A stretch of 64,000 bases of DNA from Lama guanicoe (taxonomy: Eukaryota): NCBI GenBank assembly GCA_013239625.1, contig MU053513.1, positions 2,282,927 through 2,346,926 on the forward strand, in the 5' to 3' direction. The notes under the pieces are model-generated. The model worked only from the letters and a program-made list of their open reading frames with translations, made no database searches and had not been told where the DNA came from. Every line of letters starts with the position of its first letter. Position 1 is the stretch's first letter. The position numbers were made by a program, and so were the translations under genes. Shown here piece by piece: positions 53,440 through 64,000 of the stretch.

Positions 53440-56400
53440 TAATTTTTGAGGTGAATTTTTATTTTAAAATGAGGTCATATCCTTCCATTTTAATGTAATT
53501 CAAATAGATCAGGAATGGAGAGAATTTCAGAAAACAAAGGTAGTCTGCCTTGAGAGGTCTTCTTTGGAATCTGATACACGTCTCCGGCAGTCCCCCAAGG
53601 ATTCCAAGGGACCACACAGAAGCCTCTCTTTCAGGTGCAATATTTTGTGTTTTGCTCTCATTTATTGGTTGCAGAAAAGCTCTAACTCTGCAAACTTGGG
53701 ACTCTGGAAGTTCCTGAATCACTCTAGTTTTCTGTTTAGCCCTTAGGAGCACATACCAGGGTTAGTGAGGCACAGGGACTTAGTCACCAAACACCCATTA
53801 ACCGTAATGCAAATCACACAGCGGAGTCCCCACGCAGCACACTGAATATTTACCTCCTAATGTTCTTTTAATGTACGCTTTCTTGGGTGAATATTTACTG
53901 TAGAATATTAAATGTAAGAGTCCTCTTTTTATGGGCCATTTGAAGTGATTGATTTTGTTTGTGTATTCCTGTATCTTTGCCCATAATGGCTATCTGCTGT
54001 AATGGCCTCTGCCAAATGTTCCTGCGTTGAAATAGCAGACGCCATGGATGCGCCAGCCATTTTTTTGTGTCACCGTGGTCTTAAGAGTGAGGGGGAAGCC
54101 GATGACACAGCTGGCGAGAGAGGGAAAGGTACGTAACATAACGAGTATGACTCAGGCTTCAACACAACTGGATGCTGAAATCACTGAGGTCTGTAAACAT
54201 GGTTTTGCAGTCGTCTTTTATATCAAGAGTTGATTTTAATGGTGTTGAATGATGTCAAGACTGAAAGTCATGAAATGGTAGTGGCAAGAGAAGAATTCAA
54301 TTGCCCACAACCGGGTCCAGCAGCACAAGCTATTAGAATTCGAGGTTATTTTCTTTAAATGCTGTAATAAACCCACTGCCCAAGCAATAGTTTCCTACAT
54401 ATTTACACCATATTTAAAAAAATATAAACTCACATACTCACACATCCTAGCCATATGCAGCTTTAAAATATTTCCCAGTGAAGCCAGGAATATCAGAAAC
54501 CCTTTGCTTTACACTCTTTTGAGTCTTTGAGAGGGAGAAGTTACAAAAAAAGATGCAGCTATCGTGTGGTCTTAGAAGACAAAACAAAGCTTTTGTTTTT
54601 ATAAAAACTCTAAAACCTGAAGACAACACAGACATTTGAGATATTACTGGATTAGGTAATAGAGCTACATCTTTGCATGTCCCAAGTATGCCTTTCTAAA
54701 TTTCTAGAAAAATAAAACTTGTTAAAGGAGCTACTTACATCTGGGCAATGTAATCTTTTCCAGTGATGGGAAAGGTGGCCTATGAGTCATTTATGTAAAA
54801 TTCTTAATGCTTTCTCGAAAGTTCATAAAGTATTGTTTGCTCAGAGTTCATGCTGTAGAAGAGATTGTGCTGGAATAAAATTCTATTGTCTCTTTAAAAA
54901 CAACAACAAGAAAATTTGAAGAACACATCCCCATATGTTTTGGACAGACATTTCAGTGGTACTGGCTTTTACCAGTTCAAGCCGCATCACAACAATACCG
55001 ACTTTATCTTTACTATATAAATACCTGGACTGTGTTTGCGCCTCGACAAGTTACTATATATAATTAACAGTACCAGTTGGTGCAAGAGACTGGAATCTTA
55101 GTACTAATGAAGGAAAGGGAAAAGAAATGGTAATGTGAAGAAACTTCTTTAATCACAAACCAGGTCACGTCTTGTAAAATAACGTCAGTCTCCATCCATC
55201 ATATTTGCTGGTGCCTTCAGATTTGGCATTAGAGAAATGAATGCCCCCTAAGCCATGTGTAAGGAAAACACTGGTATATATTTTAAAAAGCTATTTTTTG
55301 AACATTATTACTTGCGTAAATGAAAATCTTTCCACTAGCTGATCTTGGCTCTGAATAAAATAAGTCCTTTACACTCCTGCAGACCAGGAAACGGCAGTGA
55401 ATATAATGTCAGATTTGCAGTGAGTGAATCGGGATAGTTCATAGGGTCAGTGAGTCACATGATGAGGCATCTCCTTGTATCCTCTTCTCACAGACTCACA
55501 GAAGGGCAGTTCCTTGCTCTCGTAGCCAGGGAATAGCATGAAAGTTCTCTCTCTCTTTCCTCTTTGATGCATGAAGCACCAGAGAAGCAGGAAATGGATT
55601 TTCACCAAGGGGGACCAGGGAGGAGGTATGTTTTTAACTGCAAGAGGGAGATAGGTAGTAGGGGGTATAAAAGGCCCCCTAAAATAAGGCTCCTGCTGCC
55701 GTGGGAGCCCCATCATTCCAAGGGTGAAGTCCTTACCTGGGTCAACAAGAGGCTCATTGATAGGATTTCAGATTTGAAATGAAACTTAAGAGGTCCTCCG
55801 GTACTGGGACATCACTCTGTGAAAGGGGAAACTGGGGCCTAAGTGAAGTGACCGACATCAATCATTACTAAAGAAACTACCTTTAAGTTTCTCTTGGTGG
55901 TATCTTTTTTTTGTTCAAGTGACACATTTTTTGGTTTTCAGTTTTGTCATTTGGAGCATTTCTGCACGTTGGAAAATGGCATAGCTGTTCTTGAAGCCTG
56001 AGGGTTCAAAGAATGCAATGCAACATTTCCAAGTCAAATACCATTGCATGCCAACAATGAGCACCATGAATGCGGCAACTCATCTACCAGTCCCAGGCCT
56101 TTGCCAACCATCATTCTGGATTAAAGAGTTAGGAAGGATAAATTACCACACAGTGATAATCTATAAAAATACTGGCCTAGAGCACACTAAAAAACTCTCG
56201 ATAAATAAATATTGGGCATTTGCTTTACGAAAGTCAGGGAAGATGCACTCTTTAGACATCACGTCCATACTTCCAGGCTGCGTTTTACAAATCACACATA
56301 CAGAGTCCGACAGATGATGAAGGTTATAGTTTGGATTAGGATACAACGTGATAGAAAAATGCCTTTTGACGTGGCATTTCTATAAAGGAATGCAACTAAT

Positions 56401-56742
56401 ACTGCTGAGTTGCACGTTTCAGTTCCGAAGGCAATACTTAAAGAGATCCCAAGTGTTTTAGACATGGCAGCATCACTGACAGGAGTGTTCAGCCCCTAAG
56501 CTAACCCCCTTTGAAAGGGATAACACTCCTTGAGATGTCCTGATTCTGGAATTTTCCCTCACGAGCCAGCTGCACTGATTTGCAGTCACACCTCACAGGC
56601 ATCTGAACATGGTACTTCCTGAGGAGTGACACTGTCCCTGCCACCATTTCTGTTCCTCTTTCGCGTCTGGTTCAGGAAGTTCAGTGGCCGGATGTCTGAG
56701 TACAGTGGGTACTTGGGATTGTGGTCTGGCCACACACATTCC
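53440..56742 (-). other. ST6GALNAC5: ST6GALNAC5 3' UTR (extent uncertain)
   Basis: Repeat-poor sequence after the TGA. The first minus-strand AATAAA hexamers I found are at 53666-53661 and 53463-53458. ATTAAA variants occur nearer the stop (e.g. 55153-55148). Confidence 0.4.
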
Positions 56743-56974
56743 TCAGAATACAGGTTTATTCTCAGGATGATTTATAGCCAGTGATTCTGGTTTCCAGTCT
56801 GGTTGAAAGAAGTGAATGTTGAATGTCCGTGCCCAGTTCTTAAAGACTCGTTTCTCTGTGATAAATCGGTGATGACTGCCCTTCCGCCCTCGCTCATGGG
56901 AGAGGTACATTGTACATTCATCAGGTCCAAAAGGCTCGTAATAATGATACGGAACTGAAGGGTGACTGGGATCC
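56743..56974 (-). CDS. ST6GALNAC5: ST6GALNAC5 last coding exon (alpha-2,6-sialyltransferase, GT29)
   Basis: Minus-strand acceptor ttttcctcctacag|G, then DPSHPSVPYHYYEPFGPDECTMYLSHERGRKGSHHRFITEKRVFKNWARTFNIHFFQPDWKPESLAINHPENKPVF-TGA (232 nt). Contains sialylmotif III (HYYE) and sialylmotif VS (HxxxxE). Position next to PIGK fits known synteny. This frame is not in the ORF track. Confidence 0.96.
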
Positions 56975-57589
56975 CTGTAGGAGGAAAATGAGATAACTGA
57001 TTAAAGCCAAAAAAAAAAAAGAAAAAGAATTCCTTTGACTGATTGCAGTAAGATGTTATCTTTAACAAGCTGATAAACACAAACCATATTTTCAAATTAA
57101 ATGAATTTCAACTAATGATTTTTCTGATGTTTAGGCAATGTGTGAGTGGAGAGGTTCTGACATGAAATAAACTCAGTGACCAACATTATTAAACAATCAG
57201 ATTTAAAAAAAAAAGGGTCTGGGACTAAGTGATCTGAGAGTCACTGGATTTTAACAAGCTGTTATTCTGCAATAGTTTAGACATAGAATGTAAGAGAGGA
57301 GAGGATTTTTACATGCTGATCAAATAAAAAATTCAGGAAATAGTGGATTTAAAATATACATTTAAAAATCCCTCTTACTATTTGACTATCATGATTTGTT
57401 AAACTTCATAAATGAAGAGCAAAAAAAAAGTATGCTGTAGGACATTCAGGTTTTTGAGATTTAGAAACTACACAGTGCTAAGACCAACGCTAGTTCTGAC
57501 TTCCACTCTTGCCCCCTACAGTCTGTTTAGCACAAATAGTTAGGAAGATATTTATGAAACAAAAACAAATCATTCTCCTTCCCCACCCC

Positions 57590-58030
57590 AAATCCCCCCA
57601 AATCCCCCAGGGGCTTCCATTTCTACTAAGAGCATGGCTGGCAGGGTGTTCTGTGATCTGGCTCCCCTCCAGAGCTTCTTCTAACCCACCCAGATTTGTT
57701 CCCTCTGCCCTCACCTTACTGGCCTCTCTGGTGATCAACACCACCAAGCTAGTCCCGACCCTGAGGCCTCTGCTCTTAAGGGTGGTCACTGGACTGGACA
57801 TTCTCCCTCCAGCTCACTTCTGCTGCTGGGGTTCAACTCAAATGTGTCCTCCTCACCGAGGCCTTACCTGACACCTACCCCTTCACTCCATCTCTGAATT
57901 TACTTTGTTGATGGCATTGATCATTCTCTGAAACTCCTGTTCTTGCTTCTTTGCTTACAAAAGAGCAGATCTTTTTTGTCTTGTTCCTAGCAGGTGGTCA
58001 ATAAATATTTTTTGAATGTTTGTTTGTTGA
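57590..58030 (+). mobile_element. L2 3' fragment
   Basis: ctcaaatgtgtcctcctcaccgaggcctt...ggtcaataaatattttttgaatg. Confidence 0.75.
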
Positions 58031-60094
58031 AAGAAATATAATTTATAAATATATTTACATGGAGTTAGCAGCTCAACAGCCAGCCTCTGCGGACAATTTC
58101 TCATCCAAGCGTGGAAAGTTGCTGATCCAAGTTTGATTCCATGGGAGAAAGACAGCGGGCAGGGTGCCACCGCTCTCACTTGTTGCTTTAGATGGATGAT
58201 GTACTCAAGTCTAGAGTCTCTATATCAAGAAATTTCAGATCTTCAGTCTCTATTGTGTAGTCTGACAGTCCCAACATTTTTCTGTCTTTATATCCCTGTC
58301 TCCACCTCCAAGGAGAAACACTGGCTCATTTCTTCAAGGTAATGTGAACACGATTAACGTGTGGGGGTAGGTGGGTGTGCTGATGTGGGGTTACTAAAAT
58401 ATCTAACCCCCAAAGAGCCCTGGTCTCAGACCGGTTTCCGTTCTAGGCCAGTCCACCCCATCTCTTCTGTCTTGAAGCCTAAACAGTAAGAGTAGTCACG
58501 CCATCCCAGCAGGTAAACCTTCCTCTCTTGAACTACACTCACCAACTGGCCTTGTTGCAGAATCTAAGCTCTTGTTGGTCTCTTCTTAGCTCTTCTCTTA
58601 AAAGGTCCAAGCGTCCCAGCTTCCTGCAAGCCACCTCCCGGTGCCTGATGCCTTGGGGTCCCCCTCTGGAACTTGGGCTCTATTCCAAGTACGGTAACTT
58701 GGCTTCCCAGAGCGGCTCATCCTGCTGGATACCTATTCGTTTTCTTCAGAGGAGATCAATACACAGATGGCTTTCAGAGTAGCAACTTTACTGGGGTCAG
58801 GGATCGAAGTCTTTTATCAAGAGGGGTGTCGAGTTTGTGGCTCTGACAACAATAAACCTTCGAGCTTCCTCTCCTCTGGGGTTAAAGTTCTTCCGGGAAG
58901 AGAGACTTATTTTTGTCATGCAGCATTTAAACATCCCTCGTCCTGGGCTGGGTGCTGTGCTGAGTGAATACTTTGCCTCTCTGTTATGCCTGTCTCAGAA
59001 GTATCTCAATGTTCCACAGTGAAACATCAGACCCTGTCCTATCGCGTTGCTATAGAGTTCACTTCCTTACCTACCCTAGAAATTGGAGTCCTCTTAAAAT
59101 TTTAATAGAAGGTGTTTTCAGTACAGAATGTGTATGGTAGGAGAAATTCAAGTTGGAACTGACTAATATGAAGAAAATAATAATAAACAAAAAGAAACAG
59201 AAATTTATGAGACAAATCTCCCCAGATTCATATGGCATCACTGGGGGACCACACTAAATTCATGTTGCCATGGCAGACTTGGGTTAAGCTTTTATTCTAG
59301 TATGGATCAGGTTTTAAATCTGATTCATCCAAGATTTAGACATATTGTTGGCATCAATCTGACTAAAGAAACGATTAGGTTTCTAAAAATATCAGGAGAT
59401 TGATTTGGCACCTAGGAATAGGGGGAAACTGGAAACCGGCTAAAGGACGCTACAGGATCAATTTCCTTATTCAGGAAGGCCATCTCCTTGAAGGAAAATA
59501 TATCTGGCTCCACACTGATCTCCAAAAGGGATAATTAAATTTACAGAGTTGGTTATTGTGTTTTCAAAGGTGTCCAAGTCAGTGGGTGCTGTTTCCACAC
59601 TCTAAAACTTTGCCCAAATGGCAGAAAAGCGCTTGGTGGAACTTAAGAAGGCAGAGCCGAAGCAACTGCGGGCAGCTGTTGTCCTCGGAGCCGTTCAGAA
59701 AGCCCTTCCTTCAGAAAGCTGAAGGTGATAATTCCCTAGGTCTTTTCTCAAGCCTGACTTTCTAAAGGCTGCCAAGGCTTTTTCTCCCCCAACCTGATCC
59801 AAATGAAAACAACAATAAAAGTCAGCGGAATTTTCACGCCAGGAGGCTACTGTTGTGAAAGGGAGGATTCTGGCACCCCAGCTGCTATTTTGGGCCAGGG
59901 GACGCTCAGGGAGTGAGGTGTGGGGGCGAAAGGGGGCATGGTAATCATAGAGCCACTTCCCCAAGCGGTTGCAGCCTGTCGTCAGCTCTCCAGGGGCCAG
60001 TGTGGAAACAAACCCTGCAGAACAGTGTGAAGAAGGTTTTTTTTTTTTTCTTTCTAGAGAAAGCAGGTGGGGAGAATGAAAGAACTAACATTTA

Positions 60095-61135
60095 GTGCAC
60101 AGGAGGAGCTTCAAAGAAATACCACTGCCTGTGTTCCACCTCCACAGAGTCTGGTTTAATTGTTTTGGAGAGGGTCCCAGGCATAGGTATTTTAAAAAGT
60201 GCCTTAAGTTTGAGTATCAAAAGAAATAATGGCAGTATTGGATTAAAAAGCCCATAAAATAAAATAAATATCCACGAGCCCATGATGTCTTCAGTAAATT
60301 ACTGAGTAAATAAATAAAAAGGGGGAAGAAACAGCATTTCCTTACAGAATAATTCCAATGAATAAATCGGGAAAGAGAAAATCACCATTCGAACAATGAA
60401 GTAATTGTGGCAGGAAAGACACACCAACGAATGGAATACGAGCGAGAAAGAGATAAGGAGAAATAGGTTATTTGCATAAAGTTATTAATCCCAGATATTT
60501 ATTAATGACAAAGAGAGAAACAGCAACCCTTTACAATGAGTCAGTCCAGCAGACACCATCTTAACCAAGTGATCAAGGTTACCACGGCCAGTAATAAGAC
60601 ATTCTGACATCGTGTACTTCTCGACAGGAGATGTCTCTGCTTCTGTAGTATCCTTCTCAGTATAATGCATAACCTCAATCTAATAATGAGAACATATCAC
60701 ACAAATCCAGAGTGATGGGCATCCTACAGTAATGACCAGAATTCTTCAGAAGCGTCAGAGTCACGAAAGATAAGGAAAGACAGAAACTGTCACAGCCTGG
60801 AGGAGAGTAAGGAAACATGACAAGTCAAGGAGAAAGGGATTGGGTCCTGGAGGAGACACAGAACATCAGGAGGAAAAATGGTGAAATCTGAATAAGTTCT
60901 GCAGTTTAGTTAAGAGTGTTGTACCTGTGTTAATTTCTTAGTTTGATAACTGGACCCTAATTCTGCAAAATGTTAACATGAAGGGAAGCTGGGTGAAGGG
61001 TGTAGGAACTCTCTGTGCTACTTTTGCAACTTTTTCTGTTGTTTTAAACTTTTTCAAAACAAAATTTTAAAAAATATAATAATGTTAAAAAGTTCCTTAG
61101 ACGATGCTAATATGCAGCCAGGTTTGAGATGGCTG
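60095..61135. mobile_element. MER5B-like element interrupted by an L1MC-like 3' end (about 60207-61084, + strand)
   Basis: MER5B-like halves (ggcataggtattttaaaaag... and ...gatgctaatatgcagccaggtttgaga) flank an L1MC-like 3' UTR. TTAAAAAGT[G/T]CCTTA is duplicated at 60192-60206 and 61085-61099. Confidence 0.75.
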
Positions 61136-61369
61136 ATTTAGCTAAGCACCCGCTAACCTCAGCACTTGGCTTATATTATCGCCTTCACTCTCCATCAGGT
61201 GTTTCAGGTAAGTACCACTGCTGTGTGGCGGGTGAGCAGCCGGCACCCGGGAGAGAGTCGAGTGCCTGGCTTTAAGCACACGGCCTCACTCGTAGGCCGT
61301 CCAAGCGGCTCGCCTTGCCCTTTTCAGCCCCAAACACAGTGCTCGGCACTCCACATGGATGGACTTGTT

Positions 61370-61500
61370 TAGGCCTCACATTGCCCCAGTGAGAGAGGTA
61401 CTGCTACTACCCCTGTTTTACAAATGAGAAAACTCATGCGCAAAGAACCTGAAGAAGTTTCAGGGCCCAGATTTGGACCACAGCTGTATTCTTAAGAGTG
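61370..61500 (-). mobile_element. MIR SINE
   Basis: ccctgttttacaaatgagaaaact core. Confidence 0.65.
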
Positions 61501-63354
61501 AGGCTCTGTGTTTTGGAAAAACTGCTGTCCCACCGGGTGGGTGTCTGCACTCATGGTGCCCCAGGTTCCCACTGGGGTGTCAGCACACAGTTGGGAGCAA
61601 CGTTGTCCTTGCCCAGTCTCCCCAGCACCACCTACCCAGGTGCCTGTCGCGTGGTGGGCACCGTGCCGCAGGTCGGGGTGTGAAGCTGGGGCCTCTTGCT
61701 CACTGGCAGTTTTACCCGCTGATACTAATGGCAGCAGGAGTTTGTGACGTGCCATTTTTAAATCTTCTACAGCTAAGCTGTGCAACTGGAAAGAAATCTC
61801 ATACATCAACAAGCAAGGGCAGATTCTTCCATTTCTGGGTACCATCTAGGCTGGGTTTGGGCTGGACTGAATATGAGGCTACGAAGGTCCCGAGGAAAGA
61901 ATGATGCTTCTGCCTCTCTTCAGAGCTCTCAGATACCCTCTGCAAAGACACATGTCTCCTTGGCACTGGATACAGTACCGTGCAGCAGGGAGTCAGGAAA
62001 TGTTTGAGGAAAAGAGTTGAGTCGATAGCTGTCACGTCTCTAGGTGGCGGAAATCAACTTGCATGGGGGCTTAGAGGACACCGCGGAGCAGGCAGAAAAA
62101 GATATTCCCCCAACAGGCCTTCGTACACCTCTGCTGCAGCCCGTGGGGTCGGCTGAGGCACCTTTATTCTGCTGCTTGCATTTCTTGTCTTTTCAGCCTC
62201 TTATAGATGGAGAACCGCGGCCCACCTTGGAAGCCAGTGGATTAAATAATACTTGTGTTTCTGGGCACAAGGAACACCAAGAGCCGGCAGCCGTCCCGTC
62301 CACACCGTCCCCGGGGCAGAGAGCCCGGGGGGGCCACGTGAACCCACAGCCACCCCCGGCCACTCAGGCACCTCAGGGGGTGCCATCACATCCCGTAACA
62401 GATCAGGCGTACCCACGGGAGAGAGGAAGGTGACGAAAACACCCAGTGACTGGCCAGTTTATAGTCAAGCTAGAAGAAGAAATCACGGCAAAGTTAGCAT
62501 CTATGAAAACAACAACAACAGCAATATATTTTAGGTTCACTTCATAAAATGCGAACCACGTGGCTGCATTCCATTCCATGCCTGTCCTCTGCAAGTATCT
62601 GATTCTACACGGTGGACTGCCGCCAAGTAGGAACTTCCCCTGTTGCGCTGGCAGCTTGATGAACGTTCACTAGATAATAACTCTAGCAGAATCAACTCTC
62701 TGGAATTCACGATACCTTTGAGATGTCCTTCACATTATGGATGAGCTATTAATCTAGTTCCGTGACAGTGATCACTCTGAGTCATTACTCTGCTAATTAA
62801 TACTCAAGAAATGATGGGGAACAGAGAGTTGTAAACTTGCTAATGTGTTAAGTACGACCAGAAATGAGATTATTAGGTAGAATTGAAATGCTTGGTCCAT
62901 TATTATCACAAATAATTTACAGTGGAAAATGAGATTAAAAATACTCACCATAACTTAGTTTGGAAAGCAATGATAACAGAGCTTTTTCATGACAATTTAT
63001 AGTCCACCTAGGGAGAATGGATTTGGTTTCTATACGGATATGGCATGATTTAAGGGTCTACGTCCACATAATAATATATTTTAAGGTTGTCTCCAGTGCG
63101 ACATGACATTAATTTTCTCCAGCTTTCTGCACACTGATGAGCCTGGAGTCCAGGGACAGAGGCAGGATGCAGACTGATGCTTCATGCCTGAGCCCCTCTG
63201 AGGACCCAACGCTGGCCTTGGCTGAGAATGAACCAGGTGGCCACCATGACGCTTGGAATCTGAGTTTGCCATTTGCAAATTACACCCTTCACTCACCTGG
63301 CACTTTTGGTCTTGCAGCAAATATTGAATCAGTCTCTCCAAGGAAAGGAAGGTT

Positions 63355-63800
63355 TTTATTTATTGAGTTAAATCAATACTGAATACACACTATGTGCCAG
63401 ACACAATGGCAAGTGCCAGAGATCCAAATGTGGCTGGAGACCGGACCCCCTCTCGTAAGGAGGTTACACGTTACTCAGCGAGGTGAGGCGGAGGGGGAGG
63501 TGCAAGAGAGCCCAGTAGGGGCCCTGGTGGGGTCTGACTCAGACAGGGGGGTCAGGGAACGCTTGTAGGACTAGGACCTGCTGCATCTGAAGCAGTGGAG
63601 TGAGGGGTTAAGAGTTTTGGCTCTTGAGCCCTGGAGACCTGGATTCAAATCCCAGCTCCATCACTTGCTTGCTGTACGACTTTGGCCAGCAGTTTCCTGT
63701 CTTCAAGCTTCGTATGTAGAATGATGATAATAATGTTTCCTTCCTGGGGTCATCATAAAGGTCCAGTGAAATGGCACATGGACTCCTACCAAGCACAGGA
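63355..63800. mobile_element. L2 fragment (-, about 63355-63590) followed by MIR (+, about 63592-63800)
   Basis: ctatgtgccagacac...; gacctggattcaaatcccagctccatcacttgcttgctgt. Confidence 0.8.
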
Positions 63801-64000
63801 CCAGCAGGCGGTACATGCAGGAAACATAACAGCCTTTCACGTTACGGTGAAGAACCAGCAGTCATCAACCAAATTAAGAAGGAGGGCAGGGACATCCCGA
63901 GATGAGGGCAAAGGGACAGGGATCTGTGGGGTGACTTCCTTTATAAGTTCCTCAGTGGGAGTGGAAGAGATGAGGCAAAAGTGGCTGTGGGTGCCAGGTC

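Noticed and set aside
56772..57095. 107-aa minus-strand ORF over the ST6GALNAC5 exon
   Set aside because: Wrong frame; the true frame encodes the sialylmotifs.
56975..64000. Search for the upstream ST6GALNAC5 exon (sialylmotif S)
   Set aside because: No matching sequence found; it presumably lies beyond the window.
1..64000. Prokaryotic-type systems (CRISPR arrays, operons), tRNA/rRNA genes, intact retroelements
   Set aside because: No regular repeat-spacer arrays, no long ORFs and no recognisable structural RNA genes. All mobile elements are truncated or degraded.

Overview
Mammalian genomic DNA. It is probably camelid: the young L1 3' ends resemble camelid L1, and I saw no Alu, B1/B2, BovB/Bov-tA or PRE1 elements. 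The window holds the 3' ends of two convergent genes. PIGK (GPI8, catalytic subunit of GPI transamidase) is on the + strand, with its last two coding exons at 7284-7368 and 31531-31647 separated by a 24,162-bp intron, followed by a 3' UTR of about 3.3 kb. ST6GALNAC5 is on the - strand, with its last coding exon at 56974-56743. This tail-to-tail arrangement matches what I recall of human 1p31. The rest is intron and intergenic DNA full of fossil repeats: L1, L2, MIR, MLT1 LTRs, an ERV-L pol/dUTPase remnant with LTR, and MER2/MER5/MER58 DNA transposons. Almost all ORFs in the supplied track are spurious. I found no evidence of a new multi-gene system. The best oddities are small: a tailless internal L1 ORF2 fragment with a target-site duplication (TSD), a chimeric young/old L1 retrocopy with a TSD, a pure (CG)15 tract, a possible intronic-polyadenylation isoform of PIGK lacking the transmembrane helix, and candidate RFX and CTCF sites. 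Repeat subfamily names and boundaries are from recognition by eye and are approximate.
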